A DNA stretch of 27,695 bases from a virus, in the IMG/VR virus record IMGVR_UViG_3300045988_163776, positions 128,001-155,695 of that record; one strand, written 5' to 3'. The first letter of the stretch is position 1; each line of letters starts with the position of its first letter. Below the pieces are notes generated by a model, which was not told the origin of the DNA, did not search any database, and was given only the letters and a program-made list of their open reading frames with translations. Positions 9,141-16,787 of this stretch are shown here, piece after piece. The position numbers were made by a program, and so were the translations under genes.

Positions 9141-9254
9141 ATGACTCCTGAAGAGCTTCAATTTTGGATTCATATACGAAAAAAGAGTGGAGCTATGAGA
9201 AAGAAAAAAGGAAAAGGCTCTTATAATCGTAAAGATAAGTATAAGAGTTTTTAA
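9141..9254 (+). CDS. small Lys-rich basic peptide (about 38 aa, or 52 aa from TTG 9099)
   Basis: aaaggag at 9084-9090 lies upstream of an in-frame TTG at 9099 and ATG 9141. TAA at 9252-9254. Confidence 0.3.
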   Translation: MTPEELQFWIHIRKKSGAMRKKKGKGSYNRKDKYKSF

Positions 9255-9387
9255 TAAGATAAGCCGATGCAATATTTTACCATCAACAAATTACAGCCAA
9301 AAGCAATTGTCGTACTGTTTAATTGGAAAAGCAAAAATTCCAGTGAGTAACAAATGTGCGGCTAGTCAACCTAAGACTATTCTATAT

Positions 9388-9463
9388 GACGGTATCTTCT
9401 AACAGGTCAGGAAACCAGCCCTTCAAGCTGGAAATCTGGGTTCGAGCCCCAGTACCGTTACCA
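9388..9463 (+). tRNA. tRNA-Glu(UUC)-like, CCA encoded
   Basis: Acceptor gacggta/taccgtt, D-arm ttct/ggaa, anticodon arm ccagc-ccTTCaa-gctgg (C at position 33), T-arm ctggg-ttcgagc-cccag, then a cca. Confidence 0.5.
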
Positions 9464-9491
9464 TTAAAATATAAAAAGGAGCTGATTAATT

Positions 9492-10130
9492 TTGGCATAC
9501 ATTTATAAAATTATAAATGATATAAATTAGAAAATTTATATCGGAAAAACAGAATTTTCAATAGAAAAAAGGTTTAAAGAGCATTGTAAAGATGCTTTTA
9601 AAAAAAGAAATGAAAAAAGACCATTGTATTCTGCTATGAATAAATATGGTGTTGAACATTTTCATATTGAACTAATTGAAGAAACAGATATACCAGAAGA
9701 AAGAGAAATTTATTGGATTGAAAAATATCGTTCTTTTAAAAATGGTTATAATGCTACTTTGGGTGGAGATGGTAAAAAATATATTGATTATGATTTAGTT
9801 ATCTCTACTTATAAAGAACTATTAAGCATTACTGGAACTGCGAAAAAGATTGGTATATCAGAAGATAGTGTAAGCAATATTGTTCATAATCAAAAAGATA
9901 TAACTATATTAAGTGCATCTGAAGTAAATATACTGAAAAATGGGCATATAATTAATCAATATAATAAAAATACAAAAGAATTTATACAATCTTTTCCATC
10001 TATAAAAGCGGCTGCTAGAGCTGTTACAAATAAAGAAAAGATAGGTGGTGAAGCATCTCATATTATGGATGTTTGTAAAGGAAAAAGAAAAAGTGCTTAT
10101 GGTTATTATTGGCAATTTGCAGATAAATAA
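9492..10130 (+). CDS. GIY-YIG family homing endonuclease; one in-frame TAG at 9528
   Basis: From TTG 9492 (aaggag 10 nt upstream) the frame reads AYIYKIINDIN*KIYIGKTEFSIEKRFKEH..., i.e. GIY...YIG plus the catalytic R/E/H spacing, contiguous with track ORF 9624-10130. Sits between two tRNA genes. Confidence 0.6.
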
Positions 10131-10295
10131 GTTACCTCCATTCCGTTCATAGGGATGATAAGATACAAATCTCGATAGAGGAACAAATGCTCTTTAGTAT
10201 GCGTGGTTACACAGACCTTAATGTGTTTAAATATAGAGTAATTATTGCTGTAAGATATTTTATTGTAAGGCGTGTAAATAATTACTCTTTTATAT

Positions 10296-10370
10296 GGCTC
10301 CATCGTCTAAAAGTAAGGACATCAGTCTCTCAAACTGGAAATGGGATAGCATAATTCTCTGGAGTCACCA
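10296..10370 (+). tRNA. tRNA-Glu(CUC)-like with non-canonical T-loop, CCA encoded
   Basis: Acceptor ggctcca/tggagtc, D-arm gtct/ggac, anticodon arm tcagt-ctCTCaa-actgg, T-arm gggat-agcataa-ttctc (weak), then a cca. Confidence 0.4.
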
Positions 10371-10374
10371 GTAT

Positions 10375-10451
10375 CAAGTAAATTAATTAATTAATGTATC
10401 TCTTATGTATTGTTTGGCATTGATTAAATTTAATATTAATTAATTTACTTG
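10375..10451. repeat. 17-bp perfect inverted repeat flanking a 42-bp spacer
   Basis: caagtaaattaattaat ... attaattaatttacttg. Confidence 0.6.
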
Positions 10452-10811
10452 ATTTTATATAAAGAGCAAATGATATGCGCGGCGACCGGTGACCTAAGCT
10501 GGAATTGTATTGGGGCATGGTGTTGTTGCAAAACGTGTAAGTTTAAGCTTCATCACTAGCTTCATAAGCTAACATAGAAAATTAAAAGTTTTACACTTGT
10601 TATTGAAGTTGTTGCACTTTTAAGCTATAATGTTAGCATAATAAAAAAATGGAATTAAATCATTTTCTTATTGGTGGTTTAGTTCCCTCCGCCAATATAT
10701 TATGATGTGTGTTTAAGGGGGAGAAGTAGAAAATAAGTGGAAATCAGGGGCGGGAATTGATGTGACACCCCTGACGACTAACAAGTGGAGGTTTGAGTTA
10801 GTTACTTATAT

Positions 10812-10896
10812 GCAGGTATGGCGGAACTGGCAGACGCATGGGACTTAAAATCCCAGGAGTAAAATCGTGTGGGTTCGAATCCCACTACCTGTACCA
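10812..10896 (+). tRNA. tRNA-Leu(UAA), class II, CCA encoded
   Basis: Acceptor gcaggta/tacctgt, anticodon arm tggga-ctTAAaa-tccca, 13-nt variable arm, T-arm gtggg-ttcgaat-cccac, then a cca. Confidence 0.75.
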
Positions 10897-11036
10897 GAGT
10901 CCAAGTGTGAGAAAGTTCTGAAGCAATGCTGGACTTTAATCAGGCAAATTAAGTAAAAGTGCATGAGTAACTTAAAATGCAAGCATCTCGTAGTTCAGTA
11001 GATAGAGAATCTAAAAGAGTATCTACATTTTAATAT

Positions 11037-11109
11037 TGCGGAGTGATGTAATGGTAGTATTTTAGCTTGATTAAGTTAAAGATTAGTAGTTCAAATTTAC
11101 TCTCCGCAT
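11037..11109 (+). tRNA. tRNA with an 8-nt anticodon loop (ttgattaa); identity unresolved
   Basis: Perfect acceptor tgcggag/ctccgca, U8, D-arm atgt-aatggta-gtat, anticodon stem ttagc/gttaa enclosing 8 nt, variable agatt, canonical T-arm agtag-ttcaaat-ttact. Confidence 0.45.
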
Positions 11110-11117
11110 TAAAGAAT

Positions 11118-11191
11118 GCAGATATAATTTAATGGTAAAATTCCAGCCTTCCAAGCTGGTCTTGTGGGTTCGATTCCCATTATCTGCTCCA
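11118..11191 (+). tRNA. tRNA-Gly(UCC), CCA encoded
   Basis: Acceptor gcagata/tatctgc, D-arm attt-aatggta-aaat, anticodon arm ccagc-ctTCCaa-gctgg, T-arm gtggg-ttcgatt-cccat, then t cca. Confidence 0.75.
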
Positions 11192-11199
11192 GTAAATTT

Positions 11200-11275
11200 T
11201 GGGGTATGGTGCAACCGGTTAGCACACTGGACTTTGACTCCAGCAATCTAGGTTCAAGTCCTAGTACCCCAGCCA
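11200..11275 (+). tRNA. tRNA-Gln(UUG), CCA encoded
   Basis: tggggta...taccccag cca with U1:A72, G2:C71, G3:C70, G73 (classical Gln identity set). Anticodon arm ctgga-ctTTGac-tccag, T-arm ctagg-ttcaagt-cctag. Confidence 0.8.
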
Positions 11276-11308
11276 TTGAAAAATAAGAAGTAAGAAAGGG
11301 GTAATTAA

Positions 11309-12400
11309 ATGAATATTATATGTTCTGGTTCTAGATATCAAGTGTATGATACAGAAGATATAAAGACTTATTCTAAACTTCCAGTAGGGACATATGAAGT
11401 ATGTTTTAATCAAAATATTGGTTTTTATCTAACTGCTCATACTGCATTAGAAGTTAAAGAAGAAAAAATTTACGGCTCTACTTTAAACAGAATAGATAAG
11501 ATATTATCATCTTTTGGAAAAAGTGAACGTAACTTTGGTGTTATTTTAAGTGGAAATAAGGGAAGTGGTAAGTCTTTATTTGCAAGAGAATTAAGTAAAA
11601 AATGTCTTGAAAAAGAAATGCCTGTTATTATTGTTAATATAGCAGTTCCAGGAGTAGCTTCTTTTCTTGCTTCAATTAAACAAGAGGTAATGATTTTATT
11701 TGATGAGTTTGAAAAAACTTTTTCTTTTGAAAATGATTGCGGAGAAAAATCTGAACTTCCGCAAGAAGAATTGTTATCTTTATTTGATGGTTTGGATAGT
11801 GGTAAAAAATTATTCATAATTACCTGCAATGATACTTATAGGTTAAGCGATTATTTACTTAATCGTCCGGGCAGATTTCATTATCATTTTAAACTTGGTG
11901 TAGTTACACCGGAAGATATGAGAGAATATATGTCTGATAAATTGTTACCAAAATATCATTATAATATTGAAAAATTAATTAATGTAAGTAATTTTGTTGA
12001 TATGACTTATGATTTATTAAGAGCAATTGTTTTTGATCTTAATCAAGGATATGAATTAGAAGAAACATTATCTGATTTAAATGTTGACAATAAAGATTCT
12101 ATATCAATTGAAGCAACTTTAACCCTTGAAAATGGTTCCGTGTATAAAGCATTAAATTCACATTTATATTTTCAAAACCGTGATTGTTTACAACTCTTTG
12201 ATAGAAATCATGTGGGAGTAAATATAATTTATTACGCTAAAGATTTAAGTTTCAATGGCAATGAAGTTGTTTTAAAAAAATATACATTATCTTTTGATGA
12301 CCAAGCACCAGAAAGTGATAAGCAATCAGAGGTTAAAGAATTAACTATTAAAATAAAAAATGAGTATTCATTTAATTTTATGAATAGTTTTACAGTATAA
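11309..12400 (+). CDS. AAA+/P-loop ATPase
   Basis: Walker A GNKGSGKS, Walker B MILFDEFEK, sensor-1-like IITCND. Intact 363-aa ORF with aaagggg RBS and TAA stop. Confidence 0.7.
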   Translation: MNIICSGSRYQVYDTEDIKTYSKLPVGTYEVCFNQNIGFYLTAHTALEVKEEKIYGSTLNRIDKILSSFGKSERNFGVILSGNKGSGKSLFARELSKKCLEKEMPVIIVNIAVPGVASFLASIKQEVMILFDEFEKTFSFENDCGEKSELPQEELLSLFDGLDSGKKLFIITCNDTYRLSDYLLNRPGRFHYHFKLGVVTPEDMREYMSDKLLPKYHYNIEKLINVSNFVDMTYDLLRAIVFDLNQGYELEETLSDLNVDNKDSISIEATLTLENGSVYKALNSHLYFQNRDCLQLFDRNHVGVNIIYYAKDLSFNGNEVVLKKYTLSFDDQAPESDKQSEVKELTIKIKNEYSFNFMNSFTV

Positions 12401-12402
12401 AT

Positions 12403-12425
12403 GCGGTCCGGTTGTATAAACCGGA
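12403..12425 (+). terminator. hairpin terminator-like element
   Basis: tccggtt-gtat-aaaccgga immediately after the ATPase stop. Confidence 0.4.
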
Positions 12426-12434
12426 TCAAAATAT

Positions 12435-12508
12435 CTGGGTATGGGAAAGTTTGGTAATCCGCCTGATTTGGGATCAGGAGACCGCAGGTTCAAATCCTGC
12501 TACTCAGA
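12435..12508 (+). tRNA. tRNA-Pro(UGG)
   Basis: Acceptor ctgggta/tactcag, anticodon arm cctga-ttTGGga-tcagg, T-arm gcagg-ttcaaat-cctgc. Confidence 0.75.
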
Positions 12509-12718
12509 GGCTTTAGAAAGATAATACCTTCACGTGGTTAAAGCTGTTTTTACTAAAATTATCTTAATAGGTAGCTCGACAGTACCTCCAAGCTAGCATA
12601 AGGGTATTAGAAAAAAGCTGTCCGTTTATGAAAAGAGTTTGTCGAGAAAACTCTTAGTGTAGTACACATTGGGCGGGAATTTTCCCCCGTTTGCGTTTAA
12701 AAGAAAGGGGTAAATAAT

Positions 12719-12937
12719 ATGTTATATGGGACAAGAAATAGCAATAACTATAATAATGAAACCCTCAATTTCTTAGATATTATAAGTATTGCTTCTTTTA
12801 TTTTGCAACTATAGAATAGAGAAAGCAATATGATTGCGGAAATACAAAATCAATTATCTGAAAAAATAGATAAACAAATTAATGTAAAACTTGATAAAAT
12901 TTTAAAAGATTTAGAAGACATAAAAAGTAAAATATAA
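12719..12937 (+). CDS. small protein (72 aa) with one in-frame TAG
   Basis: aaagggg RBS. MLYGTRNSNNYNNETLNFLDIISIASFILQL*NREAI...KSKI, TAA at 12935-12937. Becomes an ORF only if TAG is sense. Confidence 0.4.
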
Positions 12938-12940
12938 TAT

Positions 12941-13014
12941 GGGAGTTTAGTGTAATGGTAGCATGCTTGGCTCCAACCCAAGTGGTTAGGGTTCGAATCT
13001 TTAAATTCCTGCCA
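12941..13014 (+). tRNA. tRNA-Trp(CCA), CCA encoded
   Basis: Acceptor gggagtt/aattcct (two G-U pairs), D-arm gtgt-aatggta-gcat, anticodon arm cttgg-ctCCAac-ccaag, T-arm taggg-ttcgaat-cttta, then g cca. Confidence 0.65.
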
Positions 13015-13023
13015 ATAATTTTA

Positions 13024-13052
13024 ATTGATTTTTTAATAAAAATATAATATAA
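13024..13052 (+). promoter_or_regulatory. sigma70-like promoter, TTGATT-N17-TATAAT
   Basis: ttgatt 13024-13029 and tataat 13047-13052. Confidence 0.45.
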
Positions 13053-13082
13053 TATATGTAAAAGACAATAACAGCAATAAGT

Positions 13083-13155
13083 TCGAGAGTAGCTCAGATG
13101 GTTAGAGTGTTATAGTAAAATATAAAGGTCTGCAGTTCAAATCTGCACTTTTGGA
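13083..13155 (+). tRNA. tRNA-like gene with an atypical 6-nt anticodon loop
   Basis: D-arm gctc-agatggtta-gagt, stem ttata/tataa around gtaaaa, canonical T-arm tgcag-ttcaaat-ctgca. Acceptor tcgagag/cttttgg needs three G-U pairs. Confidence 0.3.
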
Positions 13156-13190
13156 GAAAACAACGTTGTCTTGTACATATGGTGTTATTG

Positions 13191-13265
13191 GTGTAATAGT
13201 AGCATAACGCACTGTGACTGCGTAGGCGAGAGGGCAGAACTCTCATTTCACCCCACTAAAAAAGA
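13191..13265 (+). tRNA. tRNA-His(GUG) with G-1, CCA encoded
   Basis: G-1 pairs with C73. D-arm gtgt-aatagta-gcat, anticodon arm acgca-ctGTGac-tgcgt, T-arm gagag-ggcagaa-ctctc (non-canonical loop). Acceptor has two U-U mismatches. Ends c cca. Confidence 0.5.
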
Positions 13266-13282
13266 CGATTACAGCAATTCAT

Positions 13283-13360
13283 TACCATTTAGCTTAATGG
13301 GAAAGAGCGTTAGAGTTTTAATCTAAAGGAGCGGTTCGAATCCGCATATTTAAATCGTCT
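13283..13360 (+). tRNA. tRNA-like element (UUU anticodon arm plus canonical T-arm); acceptor ends unresolved
   Basis: D-arm gctt-aatgggaaa-gagc, anticodon arm ttaga-gtTTTaa-tctaa, T-arm gcgg-ttcgaat-ccgc. The only complementary acceptor-like strands (agacgat 13273-13279 and atcgtct 13364-13370) lie outside with spacers. Confidence 0.3.
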
Positions 13361-13380
13361 TGTGAGTTAAAAAATCTTTA

Positions 13381-13409
13381 TTGATTATTTATAAAAATTA
13401 TTATATAAT
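13381..13409 (+). promoter_or_regulatory. sigma70-like promoter, TTGATT-N17-TATAAT
   Basis: ttgatt 13381-13386 and tataat 13404-13409. Confidence 0.5.
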
Positions 13410-13471
13410 ATATATATAAACAAAAAAGATATATTATTCTATCATTTTAATTAATTAGAGATGTTACATAT

Positions 13472-13549
13472 GGGCTGGTAGCTTATGCGGTCTGTAGCGC
13501 TGGACTGAAAATCCAGAGGGTGAAGGTCCGACACCTTCCCAGCCCACCA
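13472..13549 (+). tRNA. tRNA-Phe(GAA), CCA encoded
   Basis: Acceptor gggctgg/ccagccc, anticodon arm ctgga-ctGAAaa-tccag, T-arm gaagg-tccgaca-ccttc, then a cca. Confidence 0.7.
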
Positions 13550-13578
13550 TCAAAATTAAAAAGAAAGAGGTAATTAAA

Positions 13579-13722
13579 ATGACAAAAGCAGAACTTAAAC
13601 TATTAAAACTTGAAAATCGTTATCGCCACATGGAAACAAGAGGAGGCTCAGAGGCTTCCAGTGGGGTAATGAGAAAAGTAGCAAGACAAATAAGAACTTT
13701 AAAAACTGATATTGAACATTAA
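13579..13722 (+). CDS. small protein, 47 aa
   Basis: aagaaagagg RBS. MTKAELKLLKLENRYRHMETRGGSEASSGVMRKVARQIRTLKTDIEH. TAA at 13720-13722. Confidence 0.4.
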   Translation: MTKAELKLLKLENRYRHMETRGGSEASSGVMRKVARQIRTLKTDIEH

Positions 13723-13931
13723 AAATGAAAAAAAGACACAAAAACTGCAATTAAGGAAAAAACTAGTATGTTAATGGTTCAAGTCCATTTATTACTTTAT
13801 TAGTAATATAGCTCAATTGGCAGAGCAATAGGTTGTGTATATAATTGTGTCTTGTAATATGGAAGGGTGGTTGGTGGTAATAATGAGACGCCATTTCACC
13901 CTTTACAATAAAAAAAGGAGCGATATTTAAT

Positions 13932-14129
13932 ATGAAAGGATATATATGTCCAATTTGTTTAAAAAAATTTGCTACTGAAAGTAGTATTAAAAAGCATAGT
14001 TTAAGCTGTTGGAAAGAATCACATCCTAATCATATAGTAAAACACGCTCCTCAATGTGAAACAAAAAATACAAAAAAGATAAATGATGATATATTAAGTT
14101 TCTTTAATTCTTTTAGTAAAGGAGGATAA
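13932..14129 (+). CDS. small C2H2-type zinc-finger-like protein, 65 aa
   Basis: CPICLKKFATESSIKKH plus a downstream C/H pair. aaaggag RBS. TAA stop. Confidence 0.5.
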   Translation: MKGYICPICLKKFATESSIKKHSLSCWKESHPNHIVKHAPQCETKNTKKINDDILSFFNSFSKGG

Positions 14130-14132
14130 GAT

Positions 14133-14480
14133 ATGATAGTTAAAATTAATACACACCCAATAGTAAAAGAAGTTCATGAAGAATATCATATGAATTGGTG
14201 TGGAAAAATTAAAAACACTTGTCCTAAAATTGTAAATGATAAACCTATATTTATTATAAGAAACTCTAAAAAGAGAATTGAACTTAATACAATAGATATG
14301 GATTTAATTGAAAGAGTAGCTAAGAAAATAACATCTCCTCAAGGAAGAAGTGCAGTAACTACAGATAAAGCTTATATATATCTTCAAGAGGAAAATGATA
14401 AAGAAACTTTAATGGGAATTCTTACACATAATCATATTAAAACTTATAATCAAATGTTTGATGAGTTTGAGTATGAATAA
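14133..14480 (+). CDS. hypothetical protein, 115 aa
   Basis: Intact ORF beginning 3 nt after the upstream stop, with aaaggagga RBS. Confidence 0.55.
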   Translation: MIVKINTHPIVKEVHEEYHMNWCGKIKNTCPKIVNDKPIFIIRNSKKRIELNTIDMDLIERVAKKITSPQGRSAVTTDKAYIYLQEENDKETLMGILTHNHIKTYNQMFDEFEYE

Positions 14481-14483
14481 TCT

Positions 14484-14574
14484 GGAAAGATGTCAGAGTG
14501 GTTTAATGAATCGGTTTGCTAAACCGACGGCGAGTAATACTCGTTCCTGGGTTCGAATCCCAGTCTTTCCTCCA
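14484..14574 (+). tRNA. tRNA-Ser(GCU), class II, CCA encoded
   Basis: Acceptor ggaaaga/tctttcc, anticodon arm tcggt-ttGCTaa-accga, 19-nt variable arm, T-arm ctggg-ttcgaat-cccag, then t cca. Confidence 0.75.
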
Positions 14575-14588
14575 TTAAATATTTATAT

Positions 14589-14676
14589 GGGTGAGTAACG
14601 CGATAAAGTAGACGCTCCGGTCTGTAAAACCGGCTCCTTCGGGATCGAGTGGGTGCGATTCCCTCCTCGCCCACCA
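14589..14676 (+). tRNA. tRNA-Tyr(GUA), class II, CCA encoded
   Basis: Acceptor gggtgag/ctcgccc, anticodon arm ccggt-ctGTAaa-accgg, long variable arm, T-arm gtggg-tgcgatt-ccctc, then a cca. Confidence 0.65.
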
Positions 14677-14763
14677 CTTAGAAAGTTCTTTTTAATATGA
14701 AAGAGCTTCTCGTAGAAACACTTAAATTTCATCAAAGGTGGAATTAAATTCCACCATTTCTAT

Positions 14764-14837
14764 GCACCAATGACCGAGAGGCGAGGTAACCGGCTGCAAC
14801 CCGGTGGACGCAGGTTCAAATCCTGCTTGGTGCTCCA
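14764..14837 (+). tRNA. tRNA-Cys(GCA), CCA encoded
   Basis: Acceptor gcaccaa/ttggtgc, anticodon arm accgg-ctGCAac-ccggt, T-arm gcagg-ttcaaat-cctgc, then t cca. Confidence 0.7.
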
Positions 14838-14842
14838 ATCAT

Positions 14843-14918
14843 GAGGGTGTAGTTCAGTTGGCAGAACACCAGATTTTTAATCTGGGAGTCGAGAGTTCAA
14901 GTCTCTCCACCCTCACCA
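14843..14918 (+). tRNA. tRNA-Lys(UUU), CCA encoded
   Basis: Acceptor gagggtg/caccctc, D-arm gttc-agttggca-gaac, anticodon arm ccaga-ttTTTaa-tctgg, T-arm gagag-ttcaagt-ctctc, then a cca. Confidence 0.8.
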
Positions 14919-15038
14919 TTAAGGAGGAAGATAAATGAAAATTTATACATCATATTTTTATCGAAAATTGGGTTAAAATTGAAAATTATTACTCCTTACT
15001 TTTCATATTATAATGGAGAAAAGGAGTGAAATAATTTT

Positions 15039-15997
15039 ATGGATATAAATTTTTTAAAGGAGATTAAATCTCAGTACCCTGAATTAAACAAGAAAGAAAA
15101 AAATTTTTTATCTTTTGGAGATAAAATACATCATTGGACTATACTATATCGAACTTTTAATACTAAAAGTAATCATATTTAGTATGTTTGCTAGTGTGAT
15201 TGTGGCACAATTATTCCAGTAGCAAAAACAAGTCTTATAAATAATAAAAGTAAAAGTTGTATTCTCTGTAAAGGTCATAGCATTTTAGGTCAAAAATTTG
15301 GAAAATTAACTGTTCTATATAGAATAGATAATGAAAATAATAGAGGATATTGGCATTGTAAATGTGATTGTGGAAATGAGTGTAACGTAAATACATCTAA
15401 TTTAATATCTGGACATACACGCTCATGCGGTTGCTTACATAAAGAGGTTTAGCATAATAGAAGAATAGATTTAACTGGTTAGCGTTTTGGTAAATTAATT
15501 GCTTTATATCCAGTTTTAACTAAAAAAGGTGATAAATAGCCTTATTGGCATTGCAAGTGTGACTGTGGAGTTGAAAAAGATATATAGGCTGGGTGTTTAA
15601 AAGCTGGAGTTGTAAAATCCTGTGGCTGTATAAAATCTCTTGGAGAAGAAAATATTATAAAAGTATTAAAAGAAAATAATATTTCTTTTGAATATTAGTA
15701 TAAATTTTTTGATTTGCCAAAATATACTTTTGATTTTTTTGTAAATAATTAGTATATTATTGAATATGATGGAATTCAACATTTTACAGATAGTAGTGGA
15801 TGGAATAATAAAATAAACGTTCAAAATGTTCATAAAAGAGACTTATTAAAAAATTAGTATTGTTTTATTAATAACATTCCTATTATTAGAATTCCTTATG
15901 ATGTTTCATACAATTTAAATGATTTAATATTAGAAACTACTAATTTTCTTTTAACCCAAGAAAATGAAAATTAGTATTATGAAGGGAGATTTAACTG
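15039..15997 (+). CDS. homing-endonuclease-like protein (tandem Cys-rich YWHCKCDCG motifs plus a PD-(D/E)xK/Vsr-like C-terminal FDFF..IEYDGxQHF domain); about 10 in-frame TAG codons
   Basis: From ATG 15039 one frame runs about 319 codons to TGA 15995-15997, interrupted only by TAG. Product MDINFLKEIKSQYPELNKK...YWHCKCDCGNEC...YWHCKCDCGVEKDI...KYTFDFFVNN*YIIEYDGIQHFTDSSGW. Absent from the ORF track because of the TAGs. Confidence 0.5.
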
Positions 15998-16069
15998 TTG
16001 ACTATATACACTTCATACTTTTATTAGGTTAGATTTTTCCCTCCTAACTTAATACCACTAAGCACTGCA

Positions 16070-16411
16070 ATGAGCGATCCTAAATGGTATCATAATCCAG
16101 AAGAAGTTTACTATGATAATAGAAATGTTTTAATAGGATTGCGGGCAGAGCCTTTTGTTCCTAATGAACGATTAACTGGTTATAATGGAAAAGAATTTTT
16201 AAAGCTTTATGAATGTCAATTAAAAATGTTGGATTTTAATAAAATAATGCAAAGATTTAAAGATTTAGAAAAGCAAATAGGAAAACCTTGTGACTTTGCT
16301 TTAATTTTCCATGAAGCCCCAGATAATCCTTATAGTGAACGAGGTAGTGTGCAAAAGTGGTTCGCAGAAAATGGTTTAGAGATTGAGGAATGGAAAGGAG
16401 AAGAATTATAA
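16070..16411 (+). CDS. hypothetical protein, 113 aa
   Basis: Intact ORF. TAA overlaps the next start (taATGg). Confidence 0.5.
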   Translation: MSDPKWYHNPEEVYYDNRNVLIGLRAEPFVPNERLTGYNGKEFLKLYECQLKMLDFNKIMQRFKDLEKQIGKPCDFALIFHEAPDNPYSERGSVQKWFAENGLEIEEWKGEEL

Positions 16412-16671
16412 TGGAAGATGTAAAAAAGCACCGAATACTTATTAGGCTTGATAAGCTTTCAGAAGTAAAAGATTTTGTTAATATTTGTTCAAAACTTCCA
16501 GCAGGAGCAAAAGTTCAAATAGTAGACGAAACTTCTAACCAAAGAATAAATGCTACTTCACTTTTAGGAGTAATAAGCACAGTAGATTGGAAAGAAACTT
16601 ATGTTGAATCTGCAGAGGATATTTATGATTCAATTAAACAATTTATTCCGGTAACAAACTTAACAAACTAA
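16411..16671 (+). CDS. hypothetical protein, about 86 aa
   Basis: ATG 16411 after aaaggagaag. The track lists 16390, but the RBS fits 16411. TAA stop followed by a hairpin. Confidence 0.5.
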   Translation: MEDVKKHRILIRLDKLSEVKDFVNICSKLPAGAKVQIVDETSNQRINATSLLGVISTVDWKETYVESAEDIYDSIKQFIPVTNLTN

Positions 16672-16680
16672 AATGAAGAG

Positions 16681-16697
16681 CGGATAATCCGCTCAAT
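16681..16697 (+). terminator. hairpin terminator-like element
   Basis: gagcgga-taa-tccgctc. Confidence 0.4.
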
Positions 16698-16699
16698 AT

Positions 16700-16771
16700 G
16701 GTGGACTGGCTCAATGGTAGAGCAACTGTCTTATAAGCAGTAAGTTTAGAGTTCAAATCTCTAGTCCATCT
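16700..16771 (+). tRNA. tRNA-Ile(UAU)-like (reads AUA)
   Basis: Acceptor ggtggac/gtccatc, D-arm gctc-aatggta-gagc, anticodon arm actgt-ctTATaa-gcagt, T-arm tagag-ttcaaat-ctcta. Confidence 0.55.
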
Positions 16772-16787
16772 CTAATGAATATATAAG

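Noticed and set aside
10548-10566. Hairpin tagc-ttCATaa-gcta resembling a Met anticodon arm
   Set aside because: No flanking D-arm, T-arm or acceptor complementarity, so it is an isolated hairpin.
15995-16069. Possibility that TGA is also recoded (read-through of the TGA ending the 15039 gene)
   Set aside because: The only tRNA-Trp has anticodon CCA, not UCA. Early and late genes routinely end in TGA followed by RBS-ATG spacing, so there is no evidence for opal reassignment.
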